Source: Dehalococcoidia bacterium (GTDB taxonomy: Bacteria; Chloroflexota; Dehalococcoidia; Lucifugimonadales; Lucifugimonadaceae). Taken from it: a DNA stretch of 64,000 nt. Positions 44,797 through 53,253 of this stretch are shown here, piece after piece. The DNA is taken from the NCBI GenBank assembly GCA_965220275.1, contig CBDCPN010000019.1, positions 89,036-153,035 on the forward strand, in the 5' to 3' direction. The stretch's first letter is position 1; the number at the start of each line of letters is the position of its first letter. The notes beneath the pieces were generated by a model. The model saw only the letters and a list, made by a program, of their open reading frames with translations, was not told the DNA's origin and made no database searches. The position numbers and the translations under genes were made by a program.

Positions 44797-46113
44797 CTAA
44801 ACGACGCCCTCTGCGCGCAGGGCGTGCAATGCCCTCTCGAAGCCGTCGATAGTGTCGTCGATGTCCTGTTCTTCGTGGGCTGCGGACACAATGAAGCCTA
44901 TGCCGCCCATCATGTCTATCCCCTCGTTGAGCATGGCGAGTTTCAGAGGCCCTGACTGTGCCGCGGTCCGCTCGGCCAATACCGAGTGGGGCACAGTGCT
45001 GTTTTCGCCCGGGCCCTCGCTTTCCGCTCCGAGGACGACGTGAATTATTGAAGCGATGCCGTGGACGTGCCCGGTCACCTCGGTCCGCCCCAGCGCGTCA
45101 CGCATGCCTGCCTTCAGCCGTTCGGCCATTGCGTCGGCGCGTTCGTTGACCGGTTCGTTCGCCACCATCTCCAGGCAGGCAATCCCGGCGGTAGCGGACA
45201 ACGGATTCGCAATGAATGTCCCAGGATGCGACATGTAGTTGGAATGATTGCCGGGCGCCAACAGGTCCATGATCTCGGACTTGCCCGCCACCGCTCCGCC
45301 GGGCAAACCGCCCGCCACGATCTTCGCCATAGTGGTCAGGTCAGGCATGATGCCAAATCTGCCCTGGGCCCCTCCCCTTGACAGCCGGAAAGCCGTGATT
45401 ACCTCGTCCATGATCATCACTACGCCGCGGCTGGCGGTGATTTCCCGGACGCTTTCGAGGAATGTGGGGTTGTCGACCGGGAACTGGCCCCAGTGTGCGC
45501 CCGTAGGTTCCATGATCACGGCGGCAATGTCCGGGTCTTCGTCCAGCGCCCGCGCCAGTTCGTCAATGTCCGGCTCGACGACAACAACGGTTGAAAGGGC
45601 TTCTCTAGGGATTCCCACCTGCGTGTTTATGCCCGAGTCCGACGAAACGTAGTCGTGCCAGCCATGGAAGTGCTCACGGAATTTCACTATCTTGTTCTTC
45701 CCGGTAAAGGCGCGGGAAAGGCGGATCGCCAGGAGAGTGGATTCCGTACCCGAAGACGTAAACCGGACTTTTTCGGCAGAAGGGATCAGGCCGCTGACGA
45801 GTTCAGCCCACTGTAGTTCCTGCGGGGTTGCCGCTCCCATGTGGGTACCCTTCGCCAGGCGTTCGCCAAGGGCCTCGTTGATCCTGGGATGTGAATGCCC
45901 CAGGATGAGAGCGCCGTAACCCATCATGAAGTCCACGATCTCGTTTCCGTCCACGTCCCACTTGCGGCCGCCCTCAGCGTGTTCGACATAGACGGGATGC
46001 GGGCGCAGCGGGCGCGACAGGTGCGCTCCGTTGGGGATTACCGAGTAACCCCTTTCGCTCAGCTGTCCAGACGTTCGGAATTTTTCCGCATACCGCTCGA
46101 CTATCGTTGACAT
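44797..46113 (-). CDS. Class III (fold-type I) PLP aminotransferase, glutamate-1-semialdehyde aminomutase-like
   Basis: MDEVITAFRLSRGG and TTMAKIVAGG (PLP Lys) motifs. I set the start at the ATG at 46113 (MSTIVERY), which has GGGAGGG upstream. Confidence 0.88.
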   Translation of the reverse strand: MSTIVERYAEKFRTSGQLSERGYSVIPNGAHLSRPLRPHPVYVEHAEGGRKWDVDGNEIVDFMMGYGALILGHSHPRINEALGERLAKGTHMGAATPQELQWAELVSGLIPSAEKVRFTSSGTESTLLAIRLSRAFTGKNKIVKFREHFHGWHDYVSSDSGINTQVGIPREALSTVVVVEPDIDELARALDEDPDIAAVIMEPTGAHWGQFPVDNPTFLESVREITASRGVVMIMDEVITAFRLSRGGAQGRFGIMPDLTTMAKIVAGGLPGGAVAGKSEIMDLLAPGNHSNYMSHPGTFIANPLSATAGIACLEMVANEPVNERADAMAERLKAGMRDALGRTEVTGHVHGIASIIHVVLGAESEGPGENSTVPHSVLAERTAAQSGPLKLAMLNEGIDMMGGIGFIVSAAHEEQDIDDTIDGFERALHALRAEGVV

Positions 46114-46342
46114 CTTCTTGCCCTCCCGATTGGTCCAGGCGCCAGCATCAAATTGGCGACGGGACTTGGCCACCGGTTATTCGAATGTGCGGCCGGGTTT
46201 GGACCTGGGCCCGAAGCCCTGGTTCGCCCCGGAGTCCCGCCAACTTTAACAGGGGCTGGCCAATCATCGATATCCGCGTGAGTTCAGTCGGACTACACTG
46301 AAGTCGCCTTGGAATATCCATGCCGGTTCGCAACCCACCGGA

Positions 46343-47413
46343 TTGAGGGAGACGCATATGCGAGGCAAGTTGACGGTCGCCGCGATAATGCCGGACGGCA
46401 GGATCGGGTTGGTTGAGGAGGACATTCCCGAGACGACTGACGGTTGCGTACTGCTCGAGGTCAAGAGCTCTCTCGTAAGCCCGGGCACGGAAGTGTCGGG
46501 ATGGCGCGGCCTCGCAAGGAATTACTCCACCGGCGGGTCCGGTGGCCGCCCGACGCCTTTCGGCTACTCGAACGCGGGAGTCGTGGTGGAGACCGGCGCG
46601 GGGGTGAAGGGGTTGAGGTCGGGCGACCGGGTTGCGGCCATCGGAGGTGGTTACGCCAGGCACGCCACCCACGCCCTCGTGCCGCAGAACCTGTGCGTGG
46701 CCTTGCCGGACGGCGTTACCTTCGACCAGGGCGCCTACGCGATGCTCGCAACGACGGCTGTACACGCCCTGCGGCGCGGCGATCCCGGCTTCGGCGAGTT
46801 CTCCTGCGTCGTCGGGCTTGGTCTGCTGGGCCAACTGACGGCCAGGATGTACCAACTCGCCGGAAATTTCGTCATCGGCTGGGATACGATCCCGCAGCGT
46901 AGACGCATAGCTGCCGAATGGGGAATCGACGCCGTGGTTGACCCCGGCCGTGAGGACGAAGCGGATGCGACCCTGGCCTTCACAAGAGGCGGCGGCCTGG
47001 ACTCGGCCGTCGTGGCATTCGGGGGTGACGCGACCGGTGCGGTGGCCCAGTTGACCCGGTGCATGAAGGTCGCGCCGGACGGCCACCAGATGGGCCAGAT
47101 CACGGTGGTCGGCGGCGCGAAGATAGACCTGCCCGCTACTCTTTGGAACGTGGATATTCGGCGGGCGTCGAGGACCGGCCCCGGCTACCATGACGAGGCT
47201 TGGGAGCGCGGCAAAGATTACCCCCCGGTATTCACGCGCTGGACCACGCAGACCAACCTGGAACTGTGCATGAGGCTCATCGGCGAAGGTAAGTTGGATG
47301 TCGACTGCCTCACCACACACCGGGTCCCGCTGGAAAGTGCCGAAGAAGAGATTGCCGCCGTCATCGACGACCCCGACGAAATACTGGGCCTGGTCTTCCA
47401 GATGAACCGTTGA
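46343..47413 (+). CDS. Medium-chain (zinc-type) alcohol dehydrogenase/reductase family protein
   Basis: GroES-like N-terminal domain, then the Rossmann motif VVGLGLLGQL. 356 aa. Confidence 0.7.
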   Translation: MRETHMRGKLTVAAIMPDGRIGLVEEDIPETTDGCVLLEVKSSLVSPGTEVSGWRGLARNYSTGGSGGRPTPFGYSNAGVVVETGAGVKGLRSGDRVAAIGGGYARHATHALVPQNLCVALPDGVTFDQGAYAMLATTAVHALRRGDPGFGEFSCVVGLGLLGQLTARMYQLAGNFVIGWDTIPQRRRIAAEWGIDAVVDPGREDEADATLAFTRGGGLDSAVVAFGGDATGAVAQLTRCMKVAPDGHQMGQITVVGGAKIDLPATLWNVDIRRASRTGPGYHDEAWERGKDYPPVFTRWTTQTNLELCMRLIGEGKLDVDCLTTHRVPLESAEEEIAAVIDDPDEILGLVFQMNR

Positions 47414-47464
47414 CTTCTGGGCCACCCAACGACCCTGCAATCACGAACCTATGGAAACGAACGC

Positions 47465-48115
47465 ATGAACCAAGGACCACTGAAACTGTGCATGTTGTCC
47501 GGCTCATTCGAGTACGACTCCGAGAGCTCGCTGGCCTTATTCCGCGACTACATCGAGAGGGAGTGCCTGGTGAGCGCGGAACTCGTCGTCTACCGTTCCG
47601 AAGACGACCGTCAATCCCTGTCCGTCATCGAAGATACCGATGTCCTGCTGGTGTTCACCCGTCGGTTGAATGTCGACGGCGAGGAGTTGGAACGGTTCAT
47701 GGCCTACTGCCGCGCGGGAAGGCCCATCGTGGGAGTGAGGACCGCAAGCCACGCGTTCCAGAACTGGCTCGATTTCGACCGTGAAGTGCTGGGCGGTAAC
47801 TACAACATGCACTGGGACCACGGTCCAATCGCCCACGTCAGGTTCGAGCCAGCCGCGGAAGGCCACCCAATCGTGGAAGGCGTTTCCGAGTTCAGTTCCG
47901 CGGGTGGTCTCTACCGCAACACGGGTATCTCGGCCGATGCCACGCTGCTCATGAGCGCCAGCACGGACGATCACGATGAGCCCGTTACCTGGACCCGTAC
48001 ACACGCAGGCGGCCGTGTCTTCTACACGTCGTTGGGCCACCAGGCGGAGTTCCTGGACACCAATTTCCTCCGCATGCTGGCGAACGCTGTCATGTGGTGT
48101 GGGGGAAGGATTTAG
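47465..48115 (+). CDS. ThuA-domain (trehalose-utilisation/class I glutamine-amidotransferase-like) protein
   Basis: 216 aa. GGRVFYTSLGHQAEF and ANAVMWCGG are typical ThuA C-terminal motifs. Confidence 0.75.
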   Translation: MNQGPLKLCMLSGSFEYDSESSLALFRDYIERECLVSAELVVYRSEDDRQSLSVIEDTDVLLVFTRRLNVDGEELERFMAYCRAGRPIVGVRTASHAFQNWLDFDREVLGGNYNMHWDHGPIAHVRFEPAAEGHPIVEGVSEFSSAGGLYRNTGISADATLLMSASTDDHDEPVTWTRTHAGGRVFYTSLGHQAEFLDTNFLRMLANAVMWCGGRI

Positions 48116-48119
48116 AGAG

Positions 48120-48718
48120 GCGGGAGGTTGTAGCCGCGCAGCGCACCAGGGCCGTTCGCGAACGGCCCCTACGGGGGTGTTTGGTGAACGGGCGGTGTGT
48201 GATTGTGTGGATGGGGCTGAAGGGGGTAGCCGCGCCCGTCCTGCGCCCCACCGTGGTCCCCGATCGGAGTCGGGGAAGACGGGTTGGGAGAATGCCGGAT
48301 GTGGGTAAGGTTCGGCAGGTTGGTGGGGTAGCCGCGCCCACCTGGGTCCCCGATCGGAGTCGGGGAAGACGGGGTACGGGGGTCAGGGAAGACGATGGAG
48401 GGTGATGGTGAGATAGCCACGCACAGCCCCAGGGCCGTTCGCGAACGGTCCCTACGGGGGAGTTGTTGGCCGGCGTGGGTGTATGGCTGTGGCAAGTTGG
48501 TGGGGGTAGCCGCGTCGCCAATCTGCCCCGGCGGGTGCCCACAAGAGGCACACCTACAGGGGAAGATTAGGCCAGCGTTGGGGTGTGAATGTGTGACAGG
48601 TTGGAGGGGATAGCCGCGCCCCCCGGGGTCCCCGATCGGAGTCGGGGAAGACGAGGTGTGGGGGTCCGGCACGACCCGAGAGGGATGTGTGATGGACTGG
48701 ATGGGGGGATGAATTCAG
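48120..48718. repeat. Tandem array of six ~85-104 bp degenerate units, each with a TAGCCGCGC core, a hairpin and a G/T-rich tail
   Basis: Cores are at 48131, 48227, 48329, 48414, 48507 and 48611. Hairpin type A is TCCCCGA-TCGGAG-TCGGGGA (48257-76, 48347-66, 48629-48). Type B is the 20-nt palindrome GGGCCGTTCGCGAACGGCCC (48149-68; one mismatch at 48432-51). Type C is GTGCC-CACAAGA-GGCAC (48535-51). Confidence 0.8.
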
Positions 48719-48877
48719 GCGCCTCTTGAACGTTCCTTATTCTGATTGGAGCCGAAAATACCGAAATTCCATTCCACCGCCACCCGTATACGCCCCATTT
48801 GAATTAGCCTGTGCACCCTGACCAGGACCTGACGAAGTGTTCGGCGATAATGGCTGCCTATCTGGGGAGGAAATGAG

Positions 48878-49717
48878 ATGCTTGCAGATCTTTCAGGCAG
48901 GACGGCGCTCGTTACTGGCGGAGGCCAGGGAATTGGTCGAGGCATCGTCCTCAAGCTGGCCGAACAGGGTGCGGACATCGCCATCGCGGACATCAACGAT
49001 GAGGGCGCAGTCGCGGTCGCGGATGAGGTCAAGGCGTTCGACCGCCAGGGCATGGCCGTCCACATGGACGTGACCGACAGCGCCTCAGTGGACCAGTGCG
49101 TCGAGGACGTGATCGCCGGGTTCGGGCATCTCGACATCCTCGTTAATAACGCCGGCGTAGGCCGGTTGCCGGGCAATTCGGGGTCAGGCCTCGATGACGA
49201 TTGGGAAGCGAACTGGAACGCTGTGATGGACATAAACGTGCAGGGCATCATGCGCTGCACGAAGGCCGTCCTGGGTCACTTCATGGAGAGGAAATACGGG
49301 AAGATCATCAACACGGCGTCCGGGGCGGGTCGAGGGCCGATATGGTGGGGGCCGCCAAAGGGCCTGGCAGGGATGGGTAATCCATACGGGCCGTCGAAAG
49401 CAGCGGTCATCAACTACACCCAGTACGTGGCGGCCAGCGTCGCTGAGCACAACATCAACGTGAACGCCATTTGCCCCGGTCAGGTCTGGACCGCCTTCCA
49501 CGAACCGTCCATCACGGCGATGAAAAGTCAGGACAAGTCGCTCTCCGAAAAGGACTCCCACGAACTATTCGCAGAGAATGCCCTGGACCTCGTTCCTCTT
49601 GGGAGGGAACAGACCCCTGAGGAGATAGGCAACCTCGTAGCGTTTCTCGTATCGGACGACGCCAGTTCCATCACGGGCCAATCGATCCACATAGACGGCG
49701 GCCAGAGGATGATCTGA
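48878..49717 (+). CDS. SDR-family oxidoreductase
   Basis: TGGGQGIGRGI, NNAG and YGPSK motifs. Confidence 0.88.
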   Translation: MLADLSGRTALVTGGGQGIGRGIVLKLAEQGADIAIADINDEGAVAVADEVKAFDRQGMAVHMDVTDSASVDQCVEDVIAGFGHLDILVNNAGVGRLPGNSGSGLDDDWEANWNAVMDINVQGIMRCTKAVLGHFMERKYGKIINTASGAGRGPIWWGPPKGLAGMGNPYGPSKAAVINYTQYVAASVAEHNINVNAICPGQVWTAFHEPSITAMKSQDKSLSEKDSHELFAENALDLVPLGREQTPEEIGNLVAFLVSDDASSITGQSIHIDGGQRMI

Positions 49718-49766
49718 CGGCCGATCAATCGACCGACTCCCGGGTTGCACCGGCCATCAAAGGTAT

Positions 49767-50885
49767 ATGCGCATGAAGATCAAAGACCTGACCCTCACCA
49801 TGTTCAAGTGGGAGGACATCCCCAGGCAACTCCCCAAGCGGCACACGGGTCAGACGGGCACTGCCAGCCAGATCGCGCTCGTCACCATCACCACCGACCA
49901 AGGGATCCAGGGCCACGGGTTCCTCGGTACTTCCGGGCACAGCGCCGAGATGGACGCCGGTACCCTCATCCGCTACCTGAAGCCGGTTGTCATGGAACAA
50001 AACCCGCTCGACCGGGAACGGCTGCACGAGGTGATGTCCGACCTGTACCGCAATACGTCTATGCGGGCCATCGGCGCTGTCGACGTCGCCCTTTGGGACA
50101 TCGCCGGCAAGGCCGCCGGCCTTCCCATTTACCAGTTGCTTGGCTCCTACCGTGACTCCATTCCGGCATACGCCAGTTCGCCGCGCCTCGGCTCGGTGGA
50201 AGAGTACGTGGAAGAAGCGACGGGGATTCAGGCAGCCGGGTGGGCGGCGTACAAGATCCATCCACCGGCCGTAGACATCGAAGAGGACATAGAGATATGC
50301 CGGGCCGTGCGGGAAGCCGTCGGAGATGAATACCGCCTAATGTTGGACTCGATCTGGGCTTACGCCTACCCGCAGGCGCTGAGGGTCGGCAAGGCGATAC
50401 AGGACCTCGACTACTACTGGTACGAAGACCCCCTGGCCGGGGACGACATCTACAACTACATAAAACTAAAGTCCAGCCTCGATATTCCCATAATGGCCAC
50501 CGAGCACTCGCCGGGCGGGTTCACGGCGTATGGTCCGTGGCTGATGTCGCAGGCGACCGACTACTTGCGCGGCGACGTGGCGGTGAAGGGCGGCATCACT
50601 CCGGTGATGAAGACCGCGCATTTGGCGGAAGCCTTCCACATGAACTACGAGATTCACCACGGCGGCAACTCCCTGAACAACGTGGCGAACCTCCACGCCA
50701 CCATGGCCATCAAGAACACCGAGTTCTTCGAAGTCATTCTGCCCGCGGGCGCACAAAAATACGGCCTGGTGGAGGACATCGAGCCTGATGAAAACGGCAT
50801 GGTCCATGCGATCAACGGACCCGGCCTGGGCGCGCAGATTGACTTCGGCCTGATCGAATACAACAAAGTGGCGGTGCTGACCTGA
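49767..50885 (+). CDS. Enolase-superfamily enzyme (mandelate racemase/muconate lactonizing family)
   Basis: MKIKDLTL capping domain, ALWDIAGKAAGLPIYQLLG, and barrel acidic ligands (MLDSIWAY, YEDP, ATEH). Confidence 0.85.
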   Translation: MRMKIKDLTLTMFKWEDIPRQLPKRHTGQTGTASQIALVTITTDQGIQGHGFLGTSGHSAEMDAGTLIRYLKPVVMEQNPLDRERLHEVMSDLYRNTSMRAIGAVDVALWDIAGKAAGLPIYQLLGSYRDSIPAYASSPRLGSVEEYVEEATGIQAAGWAAYKIHPPAVDIEEDIEICRAVREAVGDEYRLMLDSIWAYAYPQALRVGKAIQDLDYYWYEDPLAGDDIYNYIKLKSSLDIPIMATEHSPGGFTAYGPWLMSQATDYLRGDVAVKGGITPVMKTAHLAEAFHMNYEIHHGGNSLNNVANLHATMAIKNTEFFEVILPAGAQKYGLVEDIEPDENGMVHAINGPGLGAQIDFGLIEYNKVAVLT

Positions 50886-50925
50886 TCTCACGCATCCCGC
50901 CTGACTTATAAAGGGGCGAACAAAG

Positions 50926-52857
50926 GTGGAAAAACCCAAACCTCCCTGCATCGCCGTGATGCGGGACGTGATGATCCCGATGCGTGACGGCGTGCGCCTC
51001 GCAGCAGATGTCCACCTGCCCGCGGCGGACGACGGCGGCCCGGCCGGTGGCCCCTTCCCCGCCCTCCTGATACGCACGTCCTGGGACAAGTCGAACGAGG
51101 AATGGGACGAGGTGCGGGACTATTACCCGCGCCGGGGGTATGCGCTCGTCATCCAGGACCTGCGCTCACGGTTCAAGTCAGAGGGCGACGGGCGCTACTA
51201 CCACACGGCGAACCCGTGGGAAGGCGAAGACGGCTACGACACGGTCGAGTGGACCGCCGCGCAACCGTGGTGCAGCGGTCCGGTCGGCACGCTCGGCAGT
51301 TCGCACCGCGGCATCGTCCAGACCGTGATGGCGTTACACCGGCCTCCCCACCTCGGCGCGCAGTGGGTCGAGCAGGCGCCCACCAACATCTACGCGCACG
51401 AGGCGCGCGAGGGCGGCGCGATGGCCCTCCACATGGCGGCCGCGATCCACAACCACGCGCTCGACGCACAGGAGTTGCGGGACAACCCCGAGGGCGTGCG
51501 GCGGGTGATCGAGACGTTTCGCAACATGGGCGAGTGGCTCGCCAGCACGCCGTGGAAGCGCGGCGAGACCGGACTGGCCGAAGCCCCCTGCCTGGAAGAG
51601 ACTCTCTTCAATTACTACCAGCGCGGCGAATACGACGAGTGGTGGGCCAACGAAAACAACGACCAGGAACCCTACCTTGACCGCCACGCCGACCTGCCCG
51701 TGGCCATATCAGGCGGTTGGTGGGACCCGTTCTCCGATGCTTCGACCAGGCTCTTCGCCGAGTTGAAACGGCGAAACGAGAATCCGGTCCGCCTGGTGAT
51801 GGGGCCGTGGGCGCACGGCGGGATGCGCAGCGACGCCTCGCACGAAGGAGACGCCGACTATGGCGCCGACGCACCTTGGGGGATGGCGGAGTTCAACCGC
51901 GTTCGGGGTCGCTGGTACGACCGCTGGCTGAAGGGGGAGGACAACGGTGTCGAAGACGAACCGCCGGTGCTGATCTTCGTGATGGGAGGCGGCGACGGGA
52001 CGAAGAATGCCGATGGCCGCCTGAACCACGGCGGCGTATGGCGGGCCGAGCCGGACTGGCCGATCGCGAGGACCCGGCAGTTACAGCTTTACTTGAGCCG
52101 GGACGGCGCGCTCACGAAAGTGTCTCCGGATACGAACGAACCGCCACTCACCTACACCTATGACCCCGAAAACCCGGTCCCGTCGTTGGGCGGCAACATG
52201 GCGTCCTTCAGCGCGCTGCCGAAGCCGGAGGACGGCGGCCCTGTATTCGACGAGATCCCGCCGTTCGGCGAACGCGCCGCGGCCGTGTTGCCGCACGTGA
52301 TTTCAACCGTGCCGACGGGGCCGATGCACCAGCGGGAACGGCCGGACCTGGTCGGCTGTCGCCCGCCGTGGCCGTTGCTCGCCGACAGGCCGGAAGTCCT
52401 GGCGTTCGAGACGCCGCCCCTCGAGGAGGACGTAGAGGTGACCGGGCCGATCACGGTCCGCCTGTGGGTCTCGTCGTCGGCCCCCGATACCGATTTCACG
52501 GCCAAGCTGCTTGACATATACCCGCCCAACGCCGACTACCCAGACGGGTATCACCTGAACCTGGTGGACTCCATCCTGCGCTGTCGCTACAGGGAGTCGT
52601 GGACCGGACCGGTCATGATGGAACCAGGCGAGGTCTACCCGATAACCCTTGCCCTGCCCCCGACATGCAACCTGTTCAAGGCCGGCCACCGCATTCGCCT
52701 GGACATCTCCAGCAGCAATTTCCCCCGCTTCGACGTGAACCCCAACACCGGCGAGGCCATGGGCCGCCACACTCGTCTCCAGATCGCTCAAAACTCGGTC
52801 TTCGTCGATCAGCGACACCCGTCCCACGTCATTTTGCCGGTCATTCCTCCGGCCTGA
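50926..52857 (+). CDS. CocE/NonD-family (S15 X-Pro dipeptidyl-peptidase-like) hydrolase
   Basis: MRDGVRLAADVHLP at the N-terminus, GYALVIQDLRSRFKSEG, nucleophile region GTLGSSHRG, and a C-terminal beta-sandwich domain with IRLDISSSNFPRFD. Confidence 0.85.
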   Translation: MEKPKPPCIAVMRDVMIPMRDGVRLAADVHLPAADDGGPAGGPFPALLIRTSWDKSNEEWDEVRDYYPRRGYALVIQDLRSRFKSEGDGRYYHTANPWEGEDGYDTVEWTAAQPWCSGPVGTLGSSHRGIVQTVMALHRPPHLGAQWVEQAPTNIYAHEAREGGAMALHMAAAIHNHALDAQELRDNPEGVRRVIETFRNMGEWLASTPWKRGETGLAEAPCLEETLFNYYQRGEYDEWWANENNDQEPYLDRHADLPVAISGGWWDPFSDASTRLFAELKRRNENPVRLVMGPWAHGGMRSDASHEGDADYGADAPWGMAEFNRVRGRWYDRWLKGEDNGVEDEPPVLIFVMGGGDGTKNADGRLNHGGVWRAEPDWPIARTRQLQLYLSRDGALTKVSPDTNEPPLTYTYDPENPVPSLGGNMASFSALPKPEDGGPVFDEIPPFGERAAAVLPHVISTVPTGPMHQRERPDLVGCRPPWPLLADRPEVLAFETPPLEEDVEVTGPITVRLWVSSSAPDTDFTAKLLDIYPPNADYPDGYHLNLVDSILRCRYRESWTGPVMMEPGEVYPITLALPPTCNLFKAGHRIRLDISSSNFPRFDVNPNTGEAMGRHTRLQIAQNSVFVDQRHPSHVILPVIPPA

Positions 52858-52940
52858 TCCGCGCCCGGAGAATTTTGCGTAACTTCAGTGTGTCTCACTA
52901 CAACACCCCGCCCCTCTTACCCAGACCCTTCGCTTCGCTC

Positions 52941-53006
52941 GAGGGTGACGTGAGTGGGTGCTTAGCGTGACGTGTGAGAGTGCTCAGGGTGACGTGAAGT
53001 GAAGGA
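52941..53006. repeat. Three tandem 22-bp direct repeats with core GTGACGTG (iteron-like or transcription-factor array)
   Basis: GTGACGTG occurs at 52945, 52967 and 52989, with exactly 22-bp spacing. The unit consensus is roughly AGGGTGACGTGAGTGAGTGCTC. Located in the intergenic region upstream of the scramblase-like gene. Confidence 0.7.
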
Positions 53007-53253
53007 TCACTGTACGCGGAGACAGTTCCGCAAAGGTCTCTGGGGGAGAGGGGGTTTTGCAAGGGTCTCACCCGGGAGAGGGCATTCCTGGGAATACCCG
53101 GCCGACCGGGTCCGACCTTCCTGTGCTGTTTCCCTGTTTCATCACCATTGATATGGACAGGGTGTTCTACCATGGAAGGCCACATCCGACGCCACGATGA
53201 GCCCACAGGGCGGGGAATCCAAGACGGCCCCCGACCAGGCATTGGAGAAGAAC

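Noticed and set aside
48090-48672. Two long minus-strand ORFs (153 and 167 aa) with Pro/Thr/Gly-rich repeats (SSPTPIGDPGGRGYP three times), which could be read as a repeat protein
   Set aside because: The peptide repeats simply mirror the DNA repeat units of the intergenic array. The hairpin palindromes read equally in both strands. The composition is extreme, and there is no convincing start or RBS. I treat the region as non-coding repeat DNA, but a conserved protein hit would overturn this.
48120-48718. CRISPR array interpretation of the repeats
   Set aside because: Repeat units are heterogeneous (three different hairpin families). Spacings between identical elements are irregular (90 and 282 bp). 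Nothing plays the role of a spacer of uniform length, and no cas genes are in the window.
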